NCBI GenBank assembly: GCA_009103225.1
Contig: RHPI01002048.1
Coordinates: forward strand, 1,203,906-1,267,905
Direction: 5' to 3'
DNA: 64,000 nt
Source of the DNA: Chlorokybus atmophyticus
Lineage: Eukaryota > Plantae > Mesostigma and Chlorokybus algae
Both the position numbers and the translations under genes were made by a program. Below the pieces are notes generated by a model. That model worked only from the letters and a program-made list of their open reading frames with translations, did no database searches and was not told where the DNA came from. Of the stretch, positions 12,240 through 25,549 are shown piece after piece; positions within the stretch are counted from its first letter, which is position 1, and every line of letters begins with the position of its first letter.

Positions 12240-13118
12240 ATGGCGATGGAAGCGGAGATCAGAGCTATGGTGAGGGAGGGGGCACCCATGGACACCACGG
12301 ACGCCTCCCTCACTCTGGAGAGCACCGATCCCGCTGCATCGACACACCCTCCGCTTGCTCCAGTCAAGGAGCAGGCGCGGGCCTGGAAGACGATGCACTC
12401 GCATCATCCACTCTCGCGAGCACCTGGCCCAGCAACAGCACAGGCGATGGTAGGGGTATGACGACCACTTGCACGTCTCTGTCTATAGCGAGCACGCAGT
12501 ATGACGCATGGTCCAAGTCATTACAACAGCGCGCGCTAGTGTTTAGATTTATCTTCACCCCCTCCCAATCCTCAGTCACTGCTGTCCGCATAGCTTGGTT
12601 GAACATAGTTTGCTCGGATGGGGAAGGGGATAGCCTCCTTGCTTCCGCATATCAGTTGCAAGGAGGGGAGTTTTAATGTCTGTTCGCCTCCTCGGCAGGT
12701 GCAGCACAAAGTGCTCTCACGGGCCAAGGCAGGACGCCTTCCTCTGTGCAACGATCACCCCGTACGTGTGCAATGGTGGGAGTCCCCGAACACAACTCGG
12801 TTTTGGGTTTCCTTCACATGTGCAACGCCTGATCTGCTCCCGTTCCACCAAGCCTCTCTCCGCTGGTACGAACAGCTGGGCGATGCATTGCCTGCTGGCA
12901 GAAGCTCCCCCCAGTTCCCACCTCCATCACATGCTACCTATTCTCCCCCGTTGAGGGTGTCACGCTCTTCACAAGGATGTCTTTTGACGTGCAAGGGGTA
13001 GCTGGCTGGACGCCGCAAACGGTGGAAGTTGTCATGCCGCTAACACCTCCCACTTGCTACTCATGCAAGCAAGTTTGGCATACTCGTAACACCTGCCCGC
13101 AGCGCGTGCTGCCAGAGA
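12240..13118 (+). pseudogene. L1 ORF1-like remnant (DUF4283-like region plus CCHC knuckle); probable continuation at ~23880-24800
   Basis: LQQRALVFRF..TAVRIAWLN; FWVSFT..LG; TCYSCKQVWHTRNTCP knuckle; frame 23966-24800 rejoins after removing the solo LTR (AA|LSHISYP). Confidence 0.55.
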
Positions 13119-14165
13119 CACCGGTAGAAAGGTGTTTCGGCAAATTAAGTTGGATCCGCAACTTTTTAATGGAAGAAGCCGGACATTATTTGCGGATTTC
13201 GCAAAATTTATGATGGATCCGTATATATGGTGTAGCTGCAGCCAGAAGTTTATTGCGACCTGTCACAAACAGGCAATCCGCCGTTGACGATCGTAAGTAC
13301 TGGATCCCCAACAATGTTAAGGAGTCGGTGTTTACGTAATTAAAGGTTCAGGCCGTGAGAAAGACTTGTGTAAGTCGCAATTACAGTTGTGACCGATTCA
13401 TTAACAATGCGTCTTTTCCCTAACGCAATTGAGGACTCGACGATAACATTATAATGAACTCAGGTTGCATGCTAAAGCTGTACACATCATCATTGAAATT
13501 GTGACCGGTTCCATCAACGATACGAGACTTCACACGAACTCGGAACGCTAGGATCGATCCTTCCATTGTTACGAACCATAATAATTATAAGACCTCACAT
13601 TGCCAAATTGCCGGTTCAACCCCGCGGCCTATCTATGGCTTGCCCCGCGGCCTGCTAGTAGCAGGCCACGGGGCAAGCAAGTAGAAGGCTGCGACTTGCA
13701 TGTATAATCATTGGTAAACCGTGGTAGCACATGAGGTAAACATGTAAAGACTTGACAAGAACTCCGCAACCAACCTTGCGCCAGCAGGTGACGTAGGGCG
13801 CATAATGCAAACATTTGGCAGTAGTCTCGCGCTGTGATTGGACAAAATGGTAAGTTGAACAAAGTCTCCCTCCCCAAGTGACCTGTATAGTGGTAAAATC
13901 CGCCTTCACCTTCATCTGTTTGATACAAGTGGTATATATATTAAGATACCGCGGTATATATATATAAAATAATATATTTACATGTATGGCTATATATATG
14001 TACATGTATGGCTATATATATGTACATGTATATATATATATGTATGTATATATACATATACCGGTAATGCCGTTGTATGCAGCTGTTGGTGCATATGTGA
14101 TGCATGCATTGCGGCACGTGAGACAATCGAGGCAGCCGCTGTAAAGTTAATAATATAATTTATAA

Positions 14166-17100
14166 TGTAACGGCACCACCGTCGCCGGTGATGCCCCTTC
14201 AATCCTCTACCCCAACACCCACACCGCCTATGACAAGCCTTTCAACGGCGTGGCCGCCACTGAGCAGAGAACTGAAAAGTCCCCCACATCAGTTTGATGT
14301 GACCTTTTATATCAAGCGTATATCAAATATATACCTCTCGATAATTAACTCACAACTAGACATCGACCCTACAGACAGGGTAGTTAGGAAACCTAGCTTG
14401 AGCCAATCACAGCTTAGATAAGGTACCTATCAATAAGGTACCTATCGAAAGATACCTATCGTAAGGTACCTAACGAGATAGTGACCACATTATATCAAAT
14501 GTGACACGAAATAGGCTTGAATAAGCGGTTTCCACACCCATTGGGACTTATTTAAGCTATGACAAAGCAACATAGCCTTTAATAAGCGAAGGAACCGTAG
14601 AAAAGAGGTATAAATAAGCGCATTTAGATACTTATTCGTACGGAATGTGTTATTCAGGTAGCAATAATACCCCTATTATTATTGCTCCCGTTACATTCCC
14701 CCCCACTTAGGTTTTCAACGTCCTCGTTGAACTCAAGTTGATCAGGCTTGATTTCTAGTAATTGTAACCAGTGAGATAGCAGGAAATGACAGAGTGGTAA
14801 TGAAACTGCACTGCCAGTCCGTCATAAATCAAGCCCACAGTTTATGGGACAGGACGTAAATCCCTATAAGCTCGAAGCAACTCGCGGCAGTGCGTAAGAT
14901 GCATGTCGGGCTCCCAATTGTAATGTTCTGGGCCATACCCTTTCCATTTTACAAAATAGCGAGTTGCGCGTCCTCGACTATTTAGCTTATGGTTCTATAT
15001 AGCTTCCACCTCGTATTCGAGCTCGCTGTCCACCTCAGCTGGCGGTGGTGGAGGCTGTGTTCTACCGTCTGAGCGGTAAGGTTTCAACAAGTTCACATGG
15101 AACACATTGTGTATACGCACACTTGGGGGCAATTGCAGTCGATAAGCGTGCGTACCAACTCTATCTGTGAAAGAGAAAGGACCTAACCATCGGGGCAGCA
15201 ACTTGCGAGCACCCGTACCTTTGATGGTTATGTTCTTTGCATTAAGCAAAACTTTATCACTGACATTGAAAGTGGCCATTCTTCGATGCGTATCAGCATA
15301 TGCTTTTTGCCTGTCCTGTGCTTCTGACAGACATAGCTTAGCTCGAGCCAAATTTTCTTACATATCAGTGGCAAATTCCTTTGCAGCTGGTACAGTCAGG
15401 GCATTGCGAGGTACACGCAATGACGCTGGTGTGTTCGGGCGAATCCCATAATTCAAGATAAATGGGGTTTCCTTTACACTTTCCTGCCACGCGTGGTTCA
15501 CAGCGAACTCTGCCATTGGCAAGTACCTGTCCCAATCAGCATGGTTAGGAGCCACATAGTGGCGAAGCATTTCTTCCAGTATTTGATTTGCTCGCTCAGT
15601 TTGTCCGTCCGTTTGCGGGTGGAAAGCAGTTGACATGCTTTGTTTTACCCCCAACAATTCACAGACTTCTCTCCAAAACTTGGAGACAAACCGAGGATCA
15701 CGATCTGTGATAAGCTCACGCGGTACACCGTGAACTCGAAAGACCGTGGACACAAATAAATGTGCTAAGTCCTGTGCACTCACAGTTGTGCAACACGGGG
15801 CAAAATGCACCATTTTGGTCAAACGGTCGACAAAAATCACAATAGCAGTGTATTTGGCTGCTGTTGCAGGTAGGTCAGTAACCAAATCCATACTGACACT
15901 ATCCCACTTTTGTTCTAGATTTACCAATGGTTTAAGCAATCCCGCTTGTTTTTGTTGTAGTGGCTTGTTACGTTGACACACGTCACATGTGCGAACATAT
16001 TGATCCACATCAGCTGACACGGGCACCAGTATAACTGTTGCGTAGCTTTGAGTGTTTTTGTTTCCCCAAATGCCCACCATACGGCGGGTCATGCACTGAA
16101 TGTAAGCATTGCTTACGCAAGTCGCCCGAGTTGGGAATTGCCAACTGCTCCCCTTTATACCACAGATTGCTAACAGCAATAAGCTATTGCAAGTTGGTTT
16201 GACTGCTAAACCAATCATCTGAGTTATAACCTGTGGACACTTTCTTTAGGAAAGGATCTTCAGGCTGTTGTACATTACGCGTAGTTCGAGAGCGCGTAAG
16301 TGCCAAAAGAGCAGGGTTACGACTTAGTGGATCCGCCACATTAGTGCGACACGGACGATATTGCCAAGTGAAAGTGAAACGAGAAATGAATTCATTCCAC
16401 CCAGCTTGCCGCCTCCTTCTGTTGCGTATGAAAGAATGTGAGCGGGTTGTGATCATTAATTATTGAAAACTCCACACCTTCCAAGTAGCAACGCCATGTG
16501 CGCAGCGCGTGCACCACCCCGAGCAATTCCTGCTCAGTGGTTGTGTAATTACGTTCAGCAAGAAAGAACTTTTTGCTTTCATATGCACATGGTCTGTCAT
16601 CCTGTAGAAGGACTGCCCCACACCCAATGGTGGAAGCATCATTGATCACAAAAGGCTTGGTGTGGTCGGGGAAGGCTAACACAAGGGCTTGTGTTAATGC
16701 ATCTTTAATGCGTGTAAAAGCACTTGTGTGCCTTCGTCCACACAAATTTAACATCTTTTCTCAGTAATGATGTTGAAGGATTTGCCATGCTAGAATATGC
16801 TCGCATGAACTTGCGAAAATAATTGGCTAGCGCTAAGAAAGCACGTAACCGATGTACATCCTTGGGTGGTGGCGAATCCTTCACCGCACACACCTTTTAA
16901 GGATATGGTTTCAATCCTTCTTTGCCAATCACATGCCCTAAAAAGGGTAGTTCATCCTTTGCAAAGTTGCATTTGGACAGGTTGGCATAGAATTTGTGTT
17001 TGCGTAACTTAGCTGAAACCAATTCCACATGCCTGTGGTGGTCCTCCCGGGTTTTGCTGAACACAATAATGTCGTCCAGATGTACCATTTCAAACTTGTA

Positions 17101-20100
17101 CAATTCATTAGCAAACACCGCGTTCATTGCTGTTTGAAATGTAGCCGGTGCATTTATTAACCCAAATGGTAACACTTTATACTCAAGGTGTCCTAGTGGG
17201 GTGCCAAATGCAGTATTTTGTACATCCGACGAGTGGATTTTGATTTGATGATAACCTTTGGTCAAATCCTGTATGCTGAACACTGTTGCAACTGACAGTT
17301 TATTAAACAAATCATCAATCCAAGGCAAAGGGTATCTGGTTTTTTTAGTTACCTTGTTCAACGCACGTAATCAATACACATGCGTAGCTTGCCATTCTTT
17401 TTGGGCACAAACAAAGTTGGTGCACAAAAAGGAGATATGCTCTTTGTTATTAAACCTTTGTCCAATAACTTTTTGAGCTGTTTTTCCATTTCCGCGTGTT
17501 CTAAGGGACTTAGCCTATAGATAGGCCGCCAAGGTGGCTTTGCCCCCTTTTCCCAACGGAATGGTATGATGTATGTTTCTATCAGGAGGCAACTCCAAGA
17601 GTTCATCCTGAAATACTTCTGCGTATTGTTCAGTAAGTGATTGCACCACAGGGTCAGATACGGCCTGTTTAATAGGTGTCTCTACCTGCAAGTGCATCAA
17701 GTATACTTCCTCACGTTTGCGCATGCAACGTTTCAGTTGCATAGCAGAGAGGAGCGGAACATTTTCGCGAGCAACACGTGCGAGTACAGGTGCGATTAAC
17801 GTCACCTTACGTTTACTCTTATGAAGGGTGCACGTATTTACTCGAGAGTCCAATTGCAAACCAGCTTCGGTGTGCCACTGTTCACCCAAAACAACATCCA
17901 CCCCGGGGATACCTATATCCACCACGATGAAAGTTGGTCGAGTCTTGTGGTTGTTAATAAAAAAACGCCCCTTCACCTCCCCAATTGCATTAAGGGTGGA
18001 ACCAGCAGCACGTTCATACGACGTGACTGGTGTGTTAAAGGTATGTTATTACGTTTCACCCAAGCATGTTCAACAAAGTTATGGTTTGCACCGGTATCAA
18101 TCAATGCTGTACATGGTGTACCTATAAGTTGACTCTCAAGTCTCCATTTGAGTGGCACTGAGTGACCATCAAATGTAGCTAATGTCGGAGTGCCGTGATT
18201 GGTAGCAGGCTTGATAAACATCACTTGTAACGGTGAAGTTCCTGTATCTTTGCGTGAGAGTTGCATAATTACTTCTCCCCCTTTCAACAATCGCGACCAC
18301 GGGCCATGATATCGAGGTATAACTACACATGCAGTGACAGCATGTTGTAATTGCAACTCGTGTAAGTGCTTAACAGCAGTTATCAATTCAGAGAATAAAC
18401 ATTAATAAAAACACAACCGTTTGCATTTGTCAACACAGGTGGTGTGCTCATATCAGTTCATACATCTGATACATCACAAAAAGAGGAAACTTTATGAAGA
18501 AATACAGAGGAAACTTTATGAAGAAATACAGAGTTTTTATAGTCGTTGTGCTCGACTAAGCCAACCACGGACGATTCCAATTTCTTGTCCTTCTGCTGCT
18601 TGGCCTTCTGTGCATTCTGCTTTGCATAGCACTTGGCCTCCGCATGACCTATCGTCTTGCAGAAATTGCAAGTGATGGTGGATTTGGCCGCGCTGTAGGG
18701 GCCAGCAGGCTGAGATGTTTTCGCCTTTTTCACAAAAGGTTTGTTGTCAGTGGCCGGGCGCTTTGCAGCTAAAACCGGGGCTGCCTCTTTTGCTGTGGTT
18801 TGCATGTTTGTGTGAGAGCGCTTCACACTGTCCACAGCAGCAACCATCTGCATCAGCATTGGTAAATCCGTCGAGGCCCACTCTTGCAAACTCGCGGGGT
18901 TGACGGCCACATGCTGCACGAGATCTGTATCCAAGCCACGCCTAAACATATCCAGCTGATCAGCATCACTGATAGGTAGATTGCCAGCATTGATCTTGCT
19001 GATAAACGACTGAAAGTTCCTGGATATACTGCTAAACCGAACACCTGTTCTGATGCAGATTGTGCAGCTGGTTGCGAGCAACCTGGGCAGGATTTGCGCC
19101 ACCATAGCGCTGCCTTGAAAGAGCACAACTGATTCACTTCCCGCCCGAGGTTCGTATACCGTTGCTTATGGCGGTACCACTCTGCCAGAGCATCGTTTGG
19201 GATCAGCAACTCAGCTACACGCAACTTCCCCTCCTCAGACATGTGAAGGGAGTTGACATAGTGTCTCAGCTTCAACCAGTCGAAAATTGCTGCTTATGTT
19301 GTTGGGAAGAAACTCGGCGGGTCGAGCAAGCGCCTGAACAGGTGGACCACTGTCAGAGCATTGAAGGCGCTCGATCATGTTCAGAACACCTTTGCCTTTC
19401 CCCATCAATCCCTCCCAATTTCGCCCCATAAAGGTGGTGAGCTTTGAGATCTTTTCTGCCACATGAAAGAGGAAGTTGACGAGCGAGACAATCGCCTCAC
19501 GAGGCTCCTTATCATAGGTGCCAAGAAAGTGGTCCATCAACTCCTGTTTTGTCAAGCGAATTGAGATTTCAGGCTGCACAAATGATGGTGGTGGTGGTGG
19601 CCCGTCTGGTTCCACCAAGCCATCCACATCCTTAGCAGCATGAGACTCATCAGGTGCATCATCCGGGTTGGAAATATCCTCCATTGATGGAAACTCCTCC
19701 TTACGGGATAATTGCTCTTTTTGCGAGCTTTCCCCTTTGAGGTGGGCACCGAGTTCTCTTCCATTTGTCTGCAAAACAGGCAAAATACAATGGTGAGAAC
19801 CTCACCAATGGACCAGGTTCCACGAGAGGATCAAAATGACCCTAAGTTGTAAAAGTCCCAAACAGAGTCCAAACCAGTTTCAAAACAGGAAAGGTTGGAT
19901 CTGGAGTGTCACCAAACAAAACACGTCTGAGTGGGACCAGATGGTCCTAACCCTGTGTTGTCTTTAACCAAGTCCCAATCTCCAGGCTGAAGCCAGAGGG
20001 GAAGGGTTTCAGACCAACAGTGTTTGGGAACAGAATGTCTTAAAAACCTCCCCCAAACTGTTCCAACCAAGTCCCGATCTCCAGGCCGAAGCCAGAGAGG

Positions 20101-21194
20101 GAGGGTTTCGGAATAGCTTGGTTCGGAACTTACGGACCCAGGTCAAGCGACCCAAAAAAGCAGCTGGCAAGCACAATGGTCGCACATACGTCACAGGCAT
20201 GCAACAGGCAAGCCACAGGCATGTAACGGGCAAGTCGTACAGTGACCAACTGTGACATGCACTGGCAAGCACAATGACAAGCACTCACCGCATGCAATGA
20301 CAGGTTATCACGGCAAGCAATGATAGTGCACTAAGTGACAAGCAGTGATGACACTAGCAAGCCGCACTTATGCACTGGCAAGTCACTGAATGATGTGCAT
20401 GAAAGTACACACATGCACCTGGCAAGCAGCTAGCAAGCTGGCAAGTCACCGACGTGTGTGATGGTACCTCACACGTGGAGAGGCCGCCTCTTTGATGGGT
20501 GGCTTCAACGTGGAGGTAGCGCAGGGAAGCTAACTTGAAGCTTGGGCTGCGTGGACGAATTGAAGGCCGCCGCCAATGCCTTCTGATTGGCCAAAAGCAT
20601 GTCGCCGCCCCCTATAAGTACCCACGTCACCCCCCCGCTCCTGGATACCAATGTAACAGCACCACCGTCGCCGGTGATGCCCCTTCAATCCTCTACCCCA
20701 ACACCCACACCGCCTATGACCAGCCTTTCAACGGCGTGGCCGCCACTGAGCAGAGAACTGAAAAGTCCCCCACATCAGTTTGATGTGACCTTTTATATCA
20801 AGCGTATATCAAATATACCTCTCGATAATTAACTCACAACTAGACATTGACCCTACAGACAGGGTAGTTAGGAAATCTAGCTTGAGCCAATCACAGCTCA
20901 GATAAGGTACCTATCGATAAGGTACCTATCGAAAGATACCTATCGTAAGGTACCTAACGAGATAGTGACCACATTATATCAAATGTGACACGAAATAGGC
21001 TTGAATAAGCGGTTTCCACACCCATTGGAACTTATTTAAGCTATGACAAAGCAACATAGCCTTTAATAAGCGAGGAACCGTAGAAAAGAGGTATAAATAA
21101 GCACATTTAGATACTTATTCATACACACTTATTCATACACAGAATGTCTTATTTAGGTAGCAATAATACCCCGATTATTATTACTCCCATTACA
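14166..21194 (-). mobile_element. Full-length but degenerate Ty3/Gypsy chromovirus B1 (3' LTR 14166-14695, 5' LTR 20652-21194)
   Basis: TG..CA LTRs ~530 bp; PBS TGGTATCCAGGAGC 20637-20650; PPT 14696-14708; gag with CNFCKTIGHAEAKC, protease ALIDTGANHNFV, RT VHLDDI, RNase H, integrase, chromodomain EYEVEAI. Confidence 0.95.
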
Positions 21195-23491
21195 TCACAA
21201 CCCGCTCACATTCTTTCATACGCAACAAAATCTGCCGAGGCGGCAAGCTGGGTGGAATGAATTCATTTCTCGTTTCACTTTCACTTGGCAATATCGTCCG
21301 TGTCGCACTAATGTGGCGGATCCACTAAGTCGTAACCCTGCTCTTTTGGCACTTACGCGCTCTCGAACTACGCGTAATGTACAACAGCCTGAAGATCCTT
21401 TCCTAAAGAAAGTGTCCACAGGTTATAACTCAGATGATTGGTTTAGCAGTCAAACCAACTTGCAACAGCTTACTGCTGTTAGCAATCTGTGGTATAAAGG
21501 GGAGCAGTTGGCAATTCCCAACTCGGGCGACTTGCGTAAGCAATGCTTACATCAGTGCATGACCCGCCGTATGCTGGGCATTTGGGGAAACAAAAACACT
21601 CAAAGCTACGCAACAGTTATACTGGTGCCCGTGTCAGCTGATGTGGATCAATATGTTCGCACATGTGACGTGTGTCAACGTAACAAGCCACTACGACAAA
21701 AACAAGCGGGATTGCTTAAACCATTGGTAATCTAGAACAAAAGTGGGATAGTGTCAGTATGGATTTTATTACTGACCTACCTGCAACAGCAGCCAAATAC
21801 ACTGCTATTGTGGTTTTTGTCGACCGTTTGACCAAAATGGTGCATTTTGCCCCGTGTTGCACAACTGTGAGTGCACGGGACTTAGCACATTTATTTGTGT
21901 TCACGGTCTTTCGAGTTCACGGTGTACCGCGCGAGCTTATCACAAATCGTGATCCTCGGTTTGTTTCCAAGTTTTGGAGAGAAGTCTGTGAATTGTTGGG
22001 GGTAAAACAAAGCATGTCAACTGCTTTCCACCCACAAACGAACGGACAAACTGAGCGAGCAATTAAATACTGGAAGAAATGCTTCGCCACTATGTGGCTC
22101 CTAACCATGCTCATTGGGACAGGTACTTGCTAATGGCAGAGTTCGCTGTGAACAACGCGTGGCAGGAAAGTGTAAAGGAAACCCCATTTTCCTTGTATTA
22201 TGGGATTCGCCCGAACACACCAGCGTCATTGCGTGTACCTCGCAATGCCCTGACTGTACCAGCGGCAAAGGAATTTGCCACTGATATGTAAGAAAATTTG
22301 GCTCGAGCTAAGCTATGTCTGTCAGAAGCACAGGACAGGCAAAAAGCATATGCTGTTATGCATCGAAGAATGGCCACTTTCAATGTCGGTGATAAAGTTT
22401 TGCTTAAGGCAAAGAACATAACCATCAAAGGTATGGGTGCTCGCAAGTTGCTGCCCCGATGGTTAGGTCCTTTCTCTTTGACAGATAGAGTTGGTACGCA
22501 CGCTTATCGACTGCGATTGCCCCCAAGTGTGCGTATACACATGTGTTCCATGTGAACTTGTTGAAACCTTACCGCTCAGACGGTAGAACACAGCCTCCAC
22601 CGCCGCCAGTTGAGGTGGACAGCGAGCTCGAATACGAGGTGGAAGCTATATAGAACCATAAGCTAAATAGTCGAGGACGCGCAACTCGCTATTTGGTAAA
22701 ATGGAAAGGGTATGGCCCAGAACATTACAATTGGGAGCCCGACATGCATCTTACGCACTGCCGCGAGTTGCTTCGAGCTTATAGGGATTTACGTCCTGTC
22801 CCATAAACTGTGGGCTTGATTTATGACGGACTGGCAGTGCAGTTTCATTACCACTCTATCATTTCCTGCTATCTCACTGGTTACAATTACTAGAAATCAA
22901 GCCTGATCAACTTGAGTTCAACGAGGACGTTGAAAACCTAAGTGGGGGGGAATGTAACGGGAGTAATAATAATAGGGGTATTATGGCTAGCTGAATAACA
23001 CATTCCGTATGAATAAGTATCTAAATGTGCTTATTTATACCTCTTTTCTACGGTTCCTCGCTTATTAAAGGCTATGTTGCTTTGTCATAGCTTAAATAAG
23101 TTCCAATGGGTGTGGAAACCGCTTATTCAAGCCTATTTCGTGTCACATTTGATATAATGTGGTCACTATCTCGTTAGGTACCTTACGATAGGTATCTTTC
23201 GATAGGTACCTTATCGATAGGTACCTTATCTGAGCTGTGATTGGCTCAAGCTAGATTTCCTAACTACCCTGTCTGTAGGGTCGATGTCTAGTTGTGAGTT
23301 AATTATCGAGAGGTATATTTGATATACGCTTGATATAAAAGGTCACATCAAACTGATGTGGGGGACTTTTCAGTTCTCTGCTCAGTGGCGGCCACGCCGT
23401 TGAAAGGCTTGTCATAGGCGGTGTGGGTGTTGGGGTAGAGGATTGAAGGGGCATACCGGCGACAGTGGTGCTGTTACATTGGTATCGGAGC
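21195..23491 (+). mobile_element. Inverted partial copy B2: end of RNase H, integrase, chromodomain, PPT, LTR (22953-23478), PBS (23480-23491)
   Basis: Reverse complement of ~14166-16430 at high identity; PBS TGGTATCGGAGC follows the LTR. Confidence 0.9.
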
Positions 23492-23991
23492 AAACGCGAT
23501 TGAGCGTGTCTCGTGTCGTCGTAGTCTAGTCGGTCGATGTCTAGGTCGTGTGCTGTTGCTTGCTACCCCATCATGTTCTCCCGCGCAGGTTCGAAACTCG
23601 ACGATAGAGACTCGCACACCTGTGCTGTGGCTCTTTTAATTTTTCGCCGCAAATTGCGGCCATAACATTTCTGGTTAGATCACGCATTAAGGTTAATCCC
23701 CTTAATACATGATCTAATAAATAAATCAGTATAGGATGTGGCCATTATTAAGTTCAAGAAAATACGGACCGAACTTAATACACACCAGCTAGTTGACCTT
23801 AATGGCAGCTCGATAATCTCGATAATCTCGATAATGGTTGACCTTAATGGCAGCTCGATAATCTCGATAATGGCAGCTCTTGCTGACGGACATTGGGCAA
23901 GCGTCCGGCCTGCACATCGGGACATGTAACACGCATACGGAGTCGCACACCTCCCCGGAGCAGTCTTGCGCTGCAATCTGCGTGCTGCATT

Positions 23992-24461
23992 TATTGAGAT
24001 TTGGACACTACTAATCATGCATGGAGTTGGTGCAAGCACAAGCACACACACTCTACCAGAGCATACACTCAAGGCTGATCCAAATAGGCTTTCAAAGGAT
24101 GACAACAAAGTCACACCACGGGCTTTTATACCCGCCAGTTCTGCACCTGTCTACTCTAAAAGTTACCACGACTTTTACACTCAATCGATTCCTGCGCTTT
24201 AAGTTGCACCACGCAGCTACTTTAAAGAGCTTTCCAACAAGCTATGACACGCGCCATACAATGATGTAACCACTGAGCTACAACGTTTCTTCTATAGCGC
24301 CTGGAAGTCTCCAGACTCCGGACTCAAATCCGCGCCTGGAACCTTCTCGACTGAAGTCCTCGCCTGGACCTTTCTCGACTGGCACCTTCTCGAGCCTGAA
24401 TCTTCTCGCGGCTACTTTTATCCGCAGGGCGAGCTAAGCGGATACAAGAATGTCCTGAACA
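23992..24461 (-). mobile_element. Solo LTR of Copia family D with 5-bp TSD GCATT
   Basis: 470 bp, homologous to LTR 51562-52032; GCATT at 23987-23991 and 24462-24466. Confidence 0.92.
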
Positions 24462-25549
24462 GCATTGTCACACATCAGCTACCCGCTTGACTCACCCACG
24501 GAGGAGCTGGAGTTACACTTCGCCATTTTCAACGTGCTGGCAGTTCGAGGGAAAGGCCAACGCTTCTCAACCGTCTACCTGCTATGCATCGTTCCCCCGA
24601 AGAATGGCAGGTACCCAGCGAGTGCACGTCTTCAGAGGTGGTGCAAACTAACGGAATGGGGAGCACATGTTGCTTCTCAGCGCAATGCCACGGGCTCATT
24701 AGCGCCGCAGCTGTGGCACGCGCTGGAAGAATGGCGCCTGAATAAGTATGAGGAAGAGAAGGAGCTCCTCTCCTCACCGCTGCAGCAACAACAGCAGTAG
24801 TCTGAGGCAGGTCTAAGGTCTCCACCCCGGCTCAGTTCGGCTGTTCGGTCGGTGGCTAAACGTCTGTTTCCCCAATCTCCGGACCATATGGTTGAGTCAC
24901 CGCGGCCATCCGGATGGCCGGATATCCCCTTCAGTTTCACGGCCGTCGCTGACAAGGACACGCATGCTGTCGCCCTTCAAGACTGAGGAAGCAGCCTCCA
25001 CCTCCCTTGTTTTGGGTTGCACAGCAGGCCGCTGGTGGATAGGGGTAGCTCGCACGCGCACCCTGGGTCTAGCCCCGTTCGCTCTCCCCATGAGCTGAGC
25101 AACCTTGAGGGGGGGGGGGGGAAGAGCAGGCGCGCTCTGCAACTACTCAGGTGATGGGCATTCCCCCCACATCAGCAATGGCTCTGGTGGGAAGAGGCTA
25201 CCAGTCTTCTCACGTCACCACAATCTGAACGAAGGATCTGGGTTTTGCTGGTCCAATCCCCGGACGAACCAGATATGAGCGGGTTGAAGGTTGGGGCGCA
25301 GACGGACGTGGTCTGGCTGGACGTGGCTCTCCTCCCTCGAGTAGTGGATGAACCGGAGACGTTGCTGGACCCGCACACGTTGCAAGTGTGGCATTCAGCG
25401 CATAGTTACCTTCGCCAACTTGGCAATCTGCCTGCTGGCGCTGATACGTCTCTCCTGCAAGCTCTTGTGCAGGGCGCCGCTATCACACCTCAGGTTCCAT
25501 TGAATGCGGTGTAGGGCCTGCTTCCTCAATGACTTCATGCATGCGCCCC

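Larger units (their letters stand above)
13119..23790. mobile_element. Non-autonomous CACTA-like DNA element C, copy 1 (CACCGGTAG terminus; right end lost), host to chromovirus B
   Basis: Homology to 30812-45153 begins exactly at CACCGGTAG; shared blocks 13119-13500/30812-31190, 14090-14145/31990-32045, 23492-23790/32060-32310+44932-44990. Confidence 0.7.

Noticed and set aside
13935-14165. AT-rich (TA)n/tatatgtacatg tracts (also 31700-31890) as replication origins or a Helitron end
   Set aside because: Low-complexity sequence internal to element C; no CTRR terminus with hairpin identified
18477-18530. 24-bp tandem duplication in B1 (FLHKVSSV x2) as a gag-pol recoding signal
   Set aside because: A simple local duplication in a decayed copy, with no counterpart in A or F
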